Below are positions 1-9,738 of a stretch of 64,000 nucleotides of DNA, in pieces. The stretch covers positions 703,116-767,115 of the forward strand of contig CP070751.1 in the NCBI GenBank assembly GCA_020348445.1, written 5' to 3'. The DNA is from Thermoplasmata archaeon (lineage in GTDB: Archaea; Thermoplasmatota; Thermoplasmata; GCA-020350865). Position 1 is the stretch's first letter. Each line of letters starts with the position of its first letter. The position numbers and the translations under genes were made by a program. The notes beneath the pieces are model-generated. The model saw nothing but the letters and a program-made list of their open reading frames with translations. It made no database searches and had not been told where the DNA came from.

Positions 1-2
1 CG

Positions 3-1619
3 ATAAATGAACCAATAACAATTGAAGCCGAAGTTATAGACACTCATACCGGAGTCAACAGTGTTCTTTTGTACTGGAAGAAGAAATCGGATGATATATA
101 CATATCAGAAATCATGGATGGCACAGGTGATACATACTCTGCTGAGATAACTACAGATTCAACAGAATCCCTTGAATATTATATCAAGGCAACTGACCAA
201 TCCCAACCTCCCAATATCGGTTATTACAGCCTGTATGGGCAGGTTACAGATGAACCTGATTCCTCCAATGATATCGATATTACAATATCAGGTGTTGATA
301 AGATACCACCCACGGTTAGCACAATATCACCTTCAGATACCAGTACCAATGTTCCTGTTGGGACAAAAATCACCATAACATTTTCCGAGCCAATGAACAA
401 GACATCAGTTCAAAGCGCGTTTTCTATCAAGGACTCAGGAGGGAACTCTAAAACCGGGGATTTCTCCTGGAGCGGAAATACCATGACCTTTACACCTGAT
501 GGAAAGTTATACCCTGAGACACAATATACAGTTAGACTGGGTACAACCGCCATGGATTTAGCAGGCAATCCATTATCATCTGAATCTACTGTGCAATTTA
601 CAACTGGAGCAGATTCAACCCAACCCACTATCGTAGAGACAAGCCCAGGAGGATCAGATGTATCAATAGCAGAAATAATAACGATAAGATTCAGCAAAAC
701 AATGGATGAAACTGCCACAGAAAATGCATTTTCCATATCGCCTCAGGTCTCAGGAAAATTCGAGTGGGAAGGCAACACACTTAAATTTATCCCAGATGAT
801 TTGCTCGTTCGTGGTAGAGTATACACCGTTACCATGGATTCCAGTGCAAAGGATTTGGATGGCAACAATGTGCTGGGATACTCATGGCAATTTACGACAA
901 AATCTTCGGAGGACGTATCATTACCCTCCATAAAGACTAAATCACCAGATGGCTCCGGTGTACCTGTTGATACCGAGATAACCATTGTTTTCAGTGTAGA
1001 AATGGATGAGAAAACCACAGAGAAAGCATTTTCCATTGAACCCTCAGTTGAAGGTGTGTTCACGTGGAAGTATGTTACTCTGACATTCATACCTAGCGAA
1101 CCCCTCGATTATGAAACAATGTATACTGTAAGAATTAATTCCAGCGCAAAAGGCATCGATGGCAGATACCTGGATGAAGAAGAAGATTGGTCCTTCATAA
1201 CAGAGAAGAAACCAGAAAAGACTGAGGCGGGCCTCTTTAGTTGGGAAAACCTGGAGCCCATCGTTACAGGGGTTACCATCCTTGTCACTTTCTTATTGGC
1301 CCTATTTGGATTCTTACAGATTAGAAAGAAGCGTAACAAACTTCGCCAGTACTTGGAACAGATTGATGACACATTCAACGAATATAAAAAGAATTATCAA
1401 ACTTGTGAACAAGAATTGATCACGCTTCGAGATAACATAAAAAGAGAAGTTAAGGAAGGTAGGTTGGAAGAAAATCATTTCCTAATACTGGATAAGAAAA
1501 TCGATGACTATTTATTGGAAATGAAAACCTTAGATAAAGGGTCGCCTTCCGATATAAACAAGATGCATCCCTTTGAGGAATTTGTGGAAGAAGAAACTGT
1601 TGATATTAAGGAGGAATAG
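3..1619 (+). CDS. 5'-truncated surface protein: Ig-like domain, three Big_5/SbsA-type Ig-like repeats, C-terminal TM helix and cytoplasmic helical tail
   Basis: Frame is open from base 3 (INEPITIEAEVIDTHTGVNSVLLYW...), so the TTG at 69 is internal. Three repeats of P.v....P.g..v.....I.I.FS..M...t...AFSI.P...G.F.W......F.P...L.....Y.V; hydrophobic helix IVTGVTILVTFLLALFGFLQI followed by RKKR. Confidence 0.8.
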   Translation: MNEPITIEAEVIDTHTGVNSVLLYWKKKSDDIYISEIMDGTGDTYSAEITTDSTESLEYYIKATDQSQPPNIGYYSLYGQVTDEPDSSNDIDITISGVDKIPPTVSTISPSDTSTNVPVGTKITITFSEPMNKTSVQSAFSIKDSGGNSKTGDFSWSGNTMTFTPDGKLYPETQYTVRLGTTAMDLAGNPLSSESTVQFTTGADSTQPTIVETSPGGSDVSIAEIITIRFSKTMDETATENAFSISPQVSGKFEWEGNTLKFIPDDLLVRGRVYTVTMDSSAKDLDGNNVLGYSWQFTTKSSEDVSLPSIKTKSPDGSGVPVDTEITIVFSVEMDEKTTEKAFSIEPSVEGVFTWKYVTLTFIPSEPLDYETMYTVRINSSAKGIDGRYLDEEEDWSFITEKKPEKTEAGLFSWENLEPIVTGVTILVTFLLALFGFLQIRKKRNKLRQYLEQIDDTFNEYKKNYQTCEQELITLRDNIKREVKEGRLEENHFLILDKKIDDYLLEMKTLDKGSPSDINKMHPFEEFVEEETVDIKEE

Positions 1620-1756
1620 GGAAAGTAAATAGGTAATTGAAAATAGAAAACTTTCTTCCTAATATTATCACTGGTATCTTTTTAAGTAACATTTTAGATA
1701 GTTATATAAATAATGACCCTATTTTAGCTCTTGGATCGATAAATGGAGGAATTTTG

Positions 1757-4700
1757 ATGCCCAAAAAATGTATCGTGTTTTACCCATTAGGTCGTGAACA
1801 TTATTTTAAAAGGAGCATCGCTTTGGCACTTCTTTTTATCATGATTGTCCAGGCATTTGCAGCCATTTGTTCTGCTGAGGTTTATTTTGATCCTTCAACT
1901 GGATATTATCTCGATGATTTTGAGGGTGAGAATGAAACCCTGGGATTGAACTATATCACGGATGCTTACGTCCATGAGGGTAATATAACTCTAGAATACG
2001 ACTATTATCTTGGAACAGGCTCAGACGGGGACCTATATGTAACCTCACCGACTACATTATGGAGGGGCTCAAAACTACATGATGCCAATGCTAGTTCCAG
2101 TCAGATCGAGCCATATAATATAGCAGTTTTTGAAGAAGGCGATGAGCTTCTTGTAATCAACATGATGTCTGGGATATGGGAGACAGTCTTCGTGAAGAAT
2201 GTTTCATCTCCATATCTTAACCTTGAAACTCCTCTAAGGAATTATTACTATGAGAACTCTAAGGCCCAGATCGTCCATATCTGGCACTTTAACAATGTGA
2301 CGGTCAATGGTTCGACGTTAACCACACAGGCCTGGAATGGTGATACGGGGGGAATACTGGCTTTTAGAGCAACCGGCTCTGTGACTCTTAATTCCACTGG
2401 TTCCATTATATCTGCAACAGGTAAGGGTTTCTCAGGTGGTGTTGGTGGAATGGGAGGATATGGAGGTGATAAAGGTTCTGGAGGCCTGGGCGCAGAGGCA
2501 GGTGATACAAATACATATATGACTTTCAACGGGTTGGATGGTTCTCCTGGTTCGGGAGCCTCCGGGGGCAATGGATACAAGGGAGTTTTCCCGACAGGTC
2601 CCCCAGCAGGATACGATGTTTACGTTGGCGGGGGAAAGGGCGGTCGTGGTGGGAATTTTGGATACAGTGGATGGCTTGGTCAAATCGGTGTTAGTGGTAA
2701 AGGACTGGGAGGTGGAGCAGGTGGTTACCCTGCAAACGGCGGCAATAATCCTACCTCCCCACAATTGACCATTATCAACATGGGTGGTGGCGGTGGGGGC
2801 GGTGGCGGTGGCGAGGGTGGTCAGGGTGGATGTGGAGGTGGAGGTGGAGGAGGTTCTATTAATGCGGGAAATGATGGCGAAGATGGTGGTCGAGGAGGTG
2901 AAGGAGGTAGTGGAGGAAATGGGGGAATTGGTGGAGGGATTATCTTTTATTCATGTAAAAGTTTGAACAATTATGGTATAATTTCCACCAATGGAACACA
3001 GGGTTCACCTGGATTAGCTGCAATTGGTGGTGAAGGAGGTGGCCACGGTGGTGCTGGAGCCCCAGCAATGGTATATATCAATGGAAGTGGAGACACAAGT
3101 CATTGGGGTGCTGGTGGCGGTGGTGGTGGAGGCATGGGTGGATCTGGAGGTGACGGTGGATATGGTGGTGGGGGTGGTGCAGGAGGTTCAATTTTGATTC
3201 AAGCTTATAATATCAACAGTTCTTATGGTAACATGTATGTCGGAGGGGGCTCAGGAGGTATTGGTGGGTCTCCAGGTGCTGGCGGTGTAGGCGGTTTGGG
3301 CGGTGCTGGTGGTATTGATACTTATGGCGGCTGGGATGGTGAGTCCGGCACGAGCGGTACAGGAGGTTCAATGGGTATAATGGGAGGAGATGGTTATGAC
3401 GGTGAATCTGGATTTATAAGATTGGATTATATTGATCTATCCGATGGTTTTACACCAAGCTCTCCAGTGCATCTCAATAATATTATCTACAAATCCTCAG
3501 GGGAGGCAAGAAGTCAAGTTATTTCACCACCAGATATCGTGAAATGGTGGAAGTTCACGGCAGATACAACTGTTCCTGACAACTGTTCTTTGGAATTCTA
3601 CATTATTGACCCTGTTAATGATACAGTTTTTGCATTTGGTGATTCTTCACAAGTATCCGAGACAAATGGAGGAATAGAACTAGATAGGATTCCAGTTTCT
3701 AGCCTTCAAATTTTGGCAATCCTTCAAACAGAAGATACATTGATTACGCCTGTAATCCATTCCTGGAATCTATCTTGGGAGGCCTCTTCTCCTCAAGCAC
3801 CAGAAAATCTAGCCGCAAATCTATCAAAGGACGGGAGCTATATATCACTTTCCTGGGATGCAGTATCATTCTGGAAGGATTTGACAGGTTACAATATCTA
3901 TCGGTCTGAGGATGGAGTGTCCTATACTTTATTCGATAGCGTGGATAACACGACTCTGATATACCAAGATACCCAGGTGGAAATTGGAAGAACATACAAA
4001 TATAAAGTCACGGCAACCTCCTCCAATGATTTGGAATCCCCCTTTTCGAACCCGGTCCAGATATTTAATGACAAGGATTGGGATTTAGATGGGGTCGGTA
4101 ATCTATATGACGATGATGACGATGGCGATGGTGTCCATGACTTTTCAGATGCATTCCCACTGAACTCTTCGGAATGGCTTGACAGTGATTTCGATGGCAT
4201 TGGGAACGAGCTTGACGATGATGATGACAACGATGGTGTTCCTGACGGGATAGATCCCTATCCTTTGAATCCGTTAAACGAAATTCAAGCAGCACTTGAT
4301 TACATAAACACAACTGTGGAGGACATCCAATCCAGGGCAATTGATCTCGCTCTGCAGCTTTCGGGTGTGAACGATTCTATTTTCGGATGGATTTCAGGTT
4401 CAGAATCCAACATATTAGATGAATTGGCGGAGATTAACACATCCTTGGCATCCGAGATTAAAACTCAGGCTGCAGGCATCACAAATGACATTATTGGTAT
4501 GAATTCCTCGCTTTCAGATCAACTAAACAGCCTATTGAATAACCTTACCACCGAGGATGGGGCTTTCAGGGCATGGCTCGATTTGGTTCTTGACACAATA
4601 GATAAAAATCTAACAGCAACAAACGACTCTCTAGGGGCCCAATTGAGCTTCTTGGACACATATATTGCCGGATTTAATATCAGCTTACAGACCGAGTTGG

Positions 4701-5425
4701 GGGATATTTTATCGGAGCTTCAACAACATGATCAAGATACAGGACAGGATCATTCTGAGATAATTACCAAGCTCGATGATATATTGAGTGGAGGTGTGGG
4801 AGCTGACAACCTAAATGAGTTGAAATCGATTTTGACGAACCTTTCAAATAACGTCTCAGTCCATGATCAGTCAATTGCAGATGATATCGATGAAGTTATA
4901 GGGGATATAGAGGAATTTGAATTAAATACAAGCCAGAAAATGGAGTCAATTGACAGCACTTTGGACGATCTGGCCAAATTAGAGGACATCTTATCAGACT
5001 TAAATGCTTTGAACAGGTCGCTTGCTGCCGCCCATGATCAATTGCAGGAATCGGTGGATGAGATACCAGCTGAAAAGGGAGAAAAAGAGGAGATCGGCAT
5101 GACAGAGATACTCTTGATCGTAGTGATTGTTCTTTTAATTGTTAATCTGCTTGTCACTATGATGAGGGGAAAAAAGGAGGGAGCCAAAGGTGCGAAGGCT
5201 CTTTCTGAGGAGGAAGTTGAGCCAAAGAGCAGGGCTAAAGGAGAAGAGGAAGAATGGGAGGAGGAAGGAGAAGAAATAGAAGAGGACACTGAGGAAGAGC
5301 CAGAGGAGGAATACGAAGAGGATATCGAGGAGATATTCGAGTGTCCAGAATGCGGGGCTCATGTAGGCCCTACAGAGACCGCGTGTCCGAATTGCGGAGA
5401 AGAGTTTGAGGTGGATGAGGATTAA
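1757..5425 (+). CDS. Large single-pass surface protein: glycine-rich domain, Fn3, thrombospondin type-3-like Ca-binding repeats, coiled coil, TM, acidic tail, C-terminal zinc ribbon
   Basis: GGAGG 7 nt before ATG 1757 (in frame with the track ORF at 1637); signal-like hydrophobic stretch; Gly-rich 2440-3410; Fn3 (PENL..LSW..YNIYRS..YKVTA); DxDxDG repeats 4075-4270; TM ILLIVVIVLLIVNLLVTMM; CPEC-x10-CPNC. Confidence 0.85.
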   Translation: MPKKCIVFYPLGREHYFKRSIALALLFIMIVQAFAAICSAEVYFDPSTGYYLDDFEGENETLGLNYITDAYVHEGNITLEYDYYLGTGSDGDLYVTSPTTLWRGSKLHDANASSSQIEPYNIAVFEEGDELLVINMMSGIWETVFVKNVSSPYLNLETPLRNYYYENSKAQIVHIWHFNNVTVNGSTLTTQAWNGDTGGILAFRATGSVTLNSTGSIISATGKGFSGGVGGMGGYGGDKGSGGLGAEAGDTNTYMTFNGLDGSPGSGASGGNGYKGVFPTGPPAGYDVYVGGGKGGRGGNFGYSGWLGQIGVSGKGLGGGAGGYPANGGNNPTSPQLTIINMGGGGGGGGGGEGGQGGCGGGGGGGSINAGNDGEDGGRGGEGGSGGNGGIGGGIIFYSCKSLNNYGIISTNGTQGSPGLAAIGGEGGGHGGAGAPAMVYINGSGDTSHWGAGGGGGGGMGGSGGDGGYGGGGGAGGSILIQAYNINSSYGNMYVGGGSGGIGGSPGAGGVGGLGGAGGIDTYGGWDGESGTSGTGGSMGIMGGDGYDGESGFIRLDYIDLSDGFTPSSPVHLNNIIYKSSGEARSQVISPPDIVKWWKFTADTTVPDNCSLEFYIIDPVNDTVFAFGDSSQVSETNGGIELDRIPVSSLQILAILQTEDTLITPVIHSWNLSWEASSPQAPENLAANLSKDGSYISLSWDAVSFWKDLTGYNIYRSEDGVSYTLFDSVDNTTLIYQDTQVEIGRTYKYKVTATSSNDLESPFSNPVQIFNDKDWDLDGVGNLYDDDDDGDGVHDFSDAFPLNSSEWLDSDFDGIGNELDDDDDNDGVPDGIDPYPLNPLNEIQAALDYINTTVEDIQSRAIDLALQLSGVNDSIFGWISGSESNILDELAEINTSLASEIKTQAAGITNDIIGMNSSLSDQLNSLLNNLTTEDGAFRAWLDLVLDTIDKNLTATNDSLGAQLSFLDTYIAGFNISLQTELGDILSELQQHDQDTGQDHSEIITKLDDILSGGVGADNLNELKSILTNLSNNVSVHDQSIADDIDEVIGDIEEFELNTSQKMESIDSTLDDLAKLEDILSDLNALNRSLAAAHDQLQESVDEIPAEKGEKEEIGMTEILLIVVIVLLIVNLLVTMMRGKKEGAKGAKALSEEEVEPKSRAKGEEEEWEEEGEEIEEDTEEEPEEEYEEDIEEIFECPECGAHVGPTETACPNCGEEFEVDED

Positions 5426-5550
5426 ATCAATTGTGCAAGATATTCCTTTTATGAATCCTCGTACCTATCTATTTATCATATTATTTATATGCTTGATATT
5501 GGGAGCAAAAATTTTATGTGATAGCGATTTCCTACTTAAATGGGGTCAAA

Positions 5551-5967
5551 ATGGAAATAAATGAGGCGATATCGGTTTTGGTCATAGGTTTTATGTTCAT
5601 AAGCGGTATCTGGCTTACCGTTCTCACCTACCTTGTAGTCAAGAGACCTCAACAAAATAGGAAAAATGAAGGTGTTGAGAGTATAAAAGGCAAAGTAAAT
5701 AAGGAAGAACTGGAAGGTTCTACTGAAGGAAAACAAAAGAAACAGATAGAGGGTGACAAAATGGAGCAAAAAGCCCAAATAGGTCCAGAAGAAAAAGAAG
5801 AAAATCAGAGAAAAACACAGACTGAAGAAACAAAAGATGAGCAGGCAAATGAACCAGAAATGGTGGAAGAAGAGGTCTTCGAATGCCCAGTATGCGGTTT
5901 CGAAACCCAACTTGAAGATAGTGAATGTCCAAGGTGCGGTGTGGACCTCGCTCCTGAAGAGGAATAG
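5551..5967 (+). CDS. Small membrane protein: N-terminal TM, charged linker, C-terminal zinc ribbon
   Basis: ATG 5551 in frame with the track ORF at 5518; TM AISVLVIGFMFISGIWLTVLTYLVV; ends VFECPVCG-x9-CPRCG. Confidence 0.75.
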   Translation: MEINEAISVLVIGFMFISGIWLTVLTYLVVKRPQQNRKNEGVESIKGKVNKEELEGSTEGKQKKQIEGDKMEQKAQIGPEEKEENQRKTQTEETKDEQANEPEMVEEEVFECPVCGFETQLEDSECPRCGVDLAPEEE

Positions 5968-6171
5968 CTCCATCTCAAGTTCCGCAAGATAATACAAATA
6001 TTATTGTTCTATTTATTTTAGGCCTATATAATAATTCAATATTAATTAAGAAGGCTTAATCAGAGATAAAGACCGATAAATTCAGATAAAGAAAGATTAT
6101 TCTCACCAAAACTTAAATATCAAATCCTGCTATTAGGGATATCTGTAGTATATAATAAAGAGGGGGAGAAC

Positions 6172-7080
6172 ATGTCCTTGGACCTCGATTTAACGAAATT
6201 AAGGCACGGCACCGAGCTCCTTAAAAGAGGCTTTGCCAAGATGCAAAAGGGCGGCGTCATCATGGACGTCACCAACTTCCAGCAGGCAGGCATTGCAGAG
6301 AATGCAGGTGCTGTTGCAGTAATGGCCTTGGAGCGCGTGCCCGCAGATATAAGAGAGGCCGGCGGTGTAGCCAGAATGGCCGATCCCAAGGTAATTCAGG
6401 AGATTATGGATGCTGTCACAATACCTGTCATGGCCAAGGTGAGAATAGGCCATTTCGTGGAGGCACAGGTTCTGGAGTCAATTGGTGTAGATATGATAGA
6501 CGAATCAGAGGTGCTTACCCCTGCAGACCCATTTTATCATGTGGATAAGTCCAAGTTCACTGTGCCCTTCGTATGCGGTGCAAGGAATTTAGGCGAGGCT
6601 CTGAGAAGAGTTGCCGAGGGCGCTGCCATGATAAGAACAAAGGGCGAGGCAGGAACAGGGAACGTTATAGAGGCTGTTCGCCATCAAAGGCTTATTTTGG
6701 GCCAGATCAGGGAGCTTAAAGGTAAAGACCATGAGGAGATGACCTCAATTGCACGAAAAATCGAAGCTCCATTGGAGTTTGTAAAGGAGGTGGCAGAGCT
6801 TCAGCGTCTGCCAGTAGTGAACTTCGCCGCAGGAGGTATAGCCTCCCCCGCAGACGCCGCAATGATGATGCAGCTGGGCTCAGACGGTGTATTCGTGGGC
6901 TCGGGAATATTCAAATCCTCGGATCCGGAGCCAAGGGCCAGGGCAATCGTGGAAGCTGTGACGCACTTCGATGATCCCAAGGTGATAGCAGAGGTATCAG
7001 CAGGCCTGGGCGATGCCATGAAAGGCATAGAAATTTCTGAGATACCAAAGGAGCAGAGACTTCAGGAAAGGGGATGGTAG
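6172..7080 (+). CDS. pdxS: Pyridoxal 5'-phosphate synthase lyase subunit
   Basis: Hallmark motifs [60 protein letters not shown]; GAGGGGGAG SD. Confidence 0.97.
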   Translation: MSLDLDLTKLRHGTELLKRGFAKMQKGGVIMDVTNFQQAGIAENAGAVAVMALERVPADIREAGGVARMADPKVIQEIMDAVTIPVMAKVRIGHFVEAQVLESIGVDMIDESEVLTPADPFYHVDKSKFTVPFVCGARNLGEALRRVAEGAAMIRTKGEAGTGNVIEAVRHQRLILGQIRELKGKDHEEMTSIARKIEAPLEFVKEVAELQRLPVVNFAAGGIASPADAAMMMQLGSDGVFVGSGIFKSSDPEPRARAIVEAVTHFDDPKVIAEVSAGLGDAMKGIEISEIPKEQRLQERGW

Positions 7081-7167
7081 TCAGAAAAAAAATTCAGGAC
7101 ACAAAAAATATTTAAGGTAAATGGTGATTTCCAACTTCCCATCCTATTGAACTAGGAGAGAAAAGAC

Positions 7168-8328
7168 ATGGACAAGTTAAAATGTGTGGCTTTGGTTGTA
7201 TCGCTTATCATGCTGAATATTGCATTAGCAGGCTGTTTTGAGGAAGAAGAAAAGAAAAAATCCATTGAAATTAAGATGGTAGGAAAGGGGCATAAGATTT
7301 ACACTGGGGATTCCACCACGTACATTTTGCTAGTTACGAACAATCGCAATCAGAACGATACAGTCACACTCACTGTGGCTAGCCAGCCTACAGGATGGGT
7401 TGTGACCCTGAACCAAACCGAGATCAACCTGTCAAAAAAGGGTTCAATGGGCATTTTTGTCATGATAAACGCCACTTCAGATGCTAAAATGGGTGATCAT
7501 AAAATCGAGGTCCATGCCACCTCCAAGTTGGATGGTAAAAAGTACTCGAAGTCATTTAAGGTAAAGGTGATCGGACCCAGTGACACAACGGCTCGTGTTG
7601 GGGACAAGGTGGAAGTGGACTACATCGGGTATCTCACAAGTTACGAGATTTTCGATACATCCATCGAGGATATCGCAACAAATACCGCTATTAGAAAACA
7701 ATTGGGCTACCCAACCCGGGGGGGTTACCAGCCCCTGAAAGTTTACGTAGGACCTGAGGATCCAGATCCGCAGGATCAATACACCAGTACAGTTGAGGGA
7801 TTCTGGGAGGCTATCGAGGGTATGAGCGTGGGACAGTCACGTACGGTGATATTGCCTCCATCCAAAGCTTATGGTCAATACGAGAACGCAACATTGAACG
7901 TCACAGAGGACGTTTTCATTTTGGAAACCATGTCCTTTAGTGATTTTGACCTGAATTTCGGAGAGACCCCAAGGGAAGGTATGTTCTTAGAACATTACTT
8001 CTGGGGATGGAATGTCAGTATCGATTATGTGAACCAGACTGAAGATACCATTATAGTACGCAATGAACCGTACATAAACCAAATTGTGACCTCTTATGGA
8101 TGGGATTCTAAGGTAATATATAAGAATCAATCCGATAACGGTGGAAAAGGAAGCATTCATGTGGAGCATCACACCCAAAAAGGAGCAGAAGGAATCTATG
8201 AAAATCACAGCGCCATCGTGAAAACAATTGAGGATGATCAAATCAAATTGGAGTACAACGTAAGCACCCACAATCTTGGTAATGAAATTCTAATATTTGA
8301 CATCACATTAATCGATATTCTCGATTAG
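7168..8328 (+). CDS. Lipoprotein with N-terminal Ig-like domain and archaeal SlyD-like FKBP peptidyl-prolyl isomerase
   Basis: Lipobox ALAGC after a hydrophobic stretch; FKBP motifs GDKVEVDYIG...FDTS, EGFWEAIEGMSVG..RTVILPPSKAYG, HNLGNEILIFDITL. Confidence 0.8.
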   Translation: MDKLKCVALVVSLIMLNIALAGCFEEEEKKKSIEIKMVGKGHKIYTGDSTTYILLVTNNRNQNDTVTLTVASQPTGWVVTLNQTEINLSKKGSMGIFVMINATSDAKMGDHKIEVHATSKLDGKKYSKSFKVKVIGPSDTTARVGDKVEVDYIGYLTSYEIFDTSIEDIATNTAIRKQLGYPTRGGYQPLKVYVGPEDPDPQDQYTSTVEGFWEAIEGMSVGQSRTVILPPSKAYGQYENATLNVTEDVFILETMSFSDFDLNFGETPREGMFLEHYFWGWNVSIDYVNQTEDTIIVRNEPYINQIVTSYGWDSKVIYKNQSDNGGKGSIHVEHHTQKGAEGIYENHSAIVKTIEDDQIKLEYNVSTHNLGNEILIFDITLIDILD

Positions 8329-8451
8329 CTTTACTATCTTATCCTGCGCCAACACCCAGTTTTAAAGAGAAAACATATAGAAACTATCAAATATAATGAA
8401 GGGCTTAGGGACAGAACACCAAATTTCCAGTAACTTTCGAGAACCTGAGGT

Positions 8452-8910
8452 ATGAGAATGGTGAACGTTTATGATGTTCCCGCAGAGCAACTTGTAGGGA
8501 AGCTTGCTGAAAAGCTGAAAAGCGAAGGTAAGATCAAATCTCCTGAGTGGGCAGGTTATGTTAAGACAGGAGTGCATAGGGAAAAGGCCCCTAGCCAGGA
8601 TGACTGGTGGTATCATAGGATCGCTGCTGTTCTTCGGAAAGTCTATGTAAAAGGCCCTATAGGTGTATCAAGACTGAGCTCGGAATTCGGTGGAAAGGTG
8701 GATCGCGGCTCAAAACCTTATAAAGCAAGAAAGGGAAGCAGGTCCATAACAAGAGCGGCTTTAAAACAGCTTGAAGAACAGGGGTATGTGGTGAATGAAA
8801 AGGGGAGAGGGAGGATGATATCTCCTATTGGCAGATCGCTTTTGGATAATGTTTCATATGAACTTTACAAAGAGCTGGCTAAGGATAATGTGGAACTCGC
8901 CAAATATTGA
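8452..8910 (+). CDS. rps19e: 30S ribosomal protein S19e
   Basis: PEWAGYVKTG, DWWYHRIAAVLRKVY, GRMISPIGRSLLD; GAGGT SD. Confidence 0.97.
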   Translation: MRMVNVYDVPAEQLVGKLAEKLKSEGKIKSPEWAGYVKTGVHREKAPSQDDWWYHRIAAVLRKVYVKGPIGVSRLSSEFGGKVDRGSKPYKARKGSRSITRAALKQLEEQGYVVNEKGRGRMISPIGRSLLDNVSYELYKELAKDNVELAKY

Positions 8911-8927
8911 CGTGGTATGTGATTACA

Positions 8928-9260
8928 ATGGAAGAAGACGAGGAATTGGAGGCCATAAGAAAAAAGAAGGTTGAGGAACTCCAATTTCAAGCCCAACAGC
9001 AAGAGGTACTTGAAGAACAACAACGTCTTATCGAAGCTGAAAGGCAGAATATCATGCGGCAGATTCTCACACCACAGGCGAGGGAGAGGCTGGGTAGACT
9101 GAAGACGGCACGTCCCGAATTGGTCCAAAATATCGAGGATCAACTCATAGCACTGGCAAGAGCAGGTCGGGTGGCGGGTCAAATCAATGACGAGGAACTT
9201 CGTAAGCTACTTTCCAGACTCATGCCAAAAAAGAGGGAGATAAGAATCGAAAGGAGATGA
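8928..9260 (+). CDS. PDCD5-like dsDNA-binding protein
   Basis: [41 protein letters not shown]; conserved position after rps19e; ATG 8928 in frame with the track ORF. Confidence 0.92.
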   Translation: MEEDEELEAIRKKKVEELQFQAQQQEVLEEQQRLIEAERQNIMRQILTPQARERLGRLKTARPELVQNIEDQLIALARAGRVAGQINDEELRKLLSRLMPKKREIRIERR

Positions 9261-9268
9261 GGTTACAT

Positions 9269-9424
9269 ATGGCAAAAAATAAACCGTATGGTAAGAAGCT
9301 GAGGCTTATTGCGGCCACAAAAAGAAATCGAAGGGTGCCCACGTGGGTGATGATGCGGACAAATAGAAAATTTGCAAGGCATCCAAAGCGTCATTCCTGG
9401 CGAAACTCAAAGCTGAAAAGATGA
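9269..9424 (+). CDS. rpl39e: 50S ribosomal protein L39e (not in ORF track, 51 aa)
   Basis: Hand translation [51 protein letters not shown]; GAGGT SD; operon context. Confidence 0.95.
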   Translation: MAKNKPYGKKLRLIAATKRNRRVPTWVMMRTNRKFARHPKRHSWRNSKLKR

Positions 9425-9431
9425 GCATAGG

Positions 9432-9713
9432 GTGAAAACAATGCCAGAGGAAGAAGAGGAAGAGCACATATTCACGATATCCCTATCCAAATGCAAGAAC
9501 CTGCCCAGAACCAAGCGAGCAAGGATCGCCATCAAGACCATAAAAACCTATATCGGATCCCATATGAAGGTCCCAATAAATGATGTGTGGGTCGATGCCA
9601 GCGTAAACAACTGTATCTGGGCAAGGGGGATAAAAAAACCCCCATCAAAAATCCGTGTTAAGGCCATAAAATTCGAGGATGGATTGGTCGAGGTGTCTAC
9701 CCTCGAGGAATGA
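9432..9713 (+). CDS. rpl31e: 50S ribosomal protein L31e
   Basis: PRTKRARIAIKTIK, IWARGIKKPPSKIRVKAIK; follows rpl39e (start could be ATG 9441). Confidence 0.95.
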   Translation: MKTMPEEEEEEHIFTISLSKCKNLPRTKRARIAIKTIKTYIGSHMKVPINDVWVDASVNNCIWARGIKKPPSKIRVKAIKFEDGLVEVSTLEE

Positions 9714-9738
9714 TTCTTTAAATTTTCAAAAAGGTAGG

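Noticed and set aside
6172-7080. pdxS without an adjacent pdxT
   Set aside because: Unlinked pdxS and pdxT are common, and the rest of the genome is not visible.
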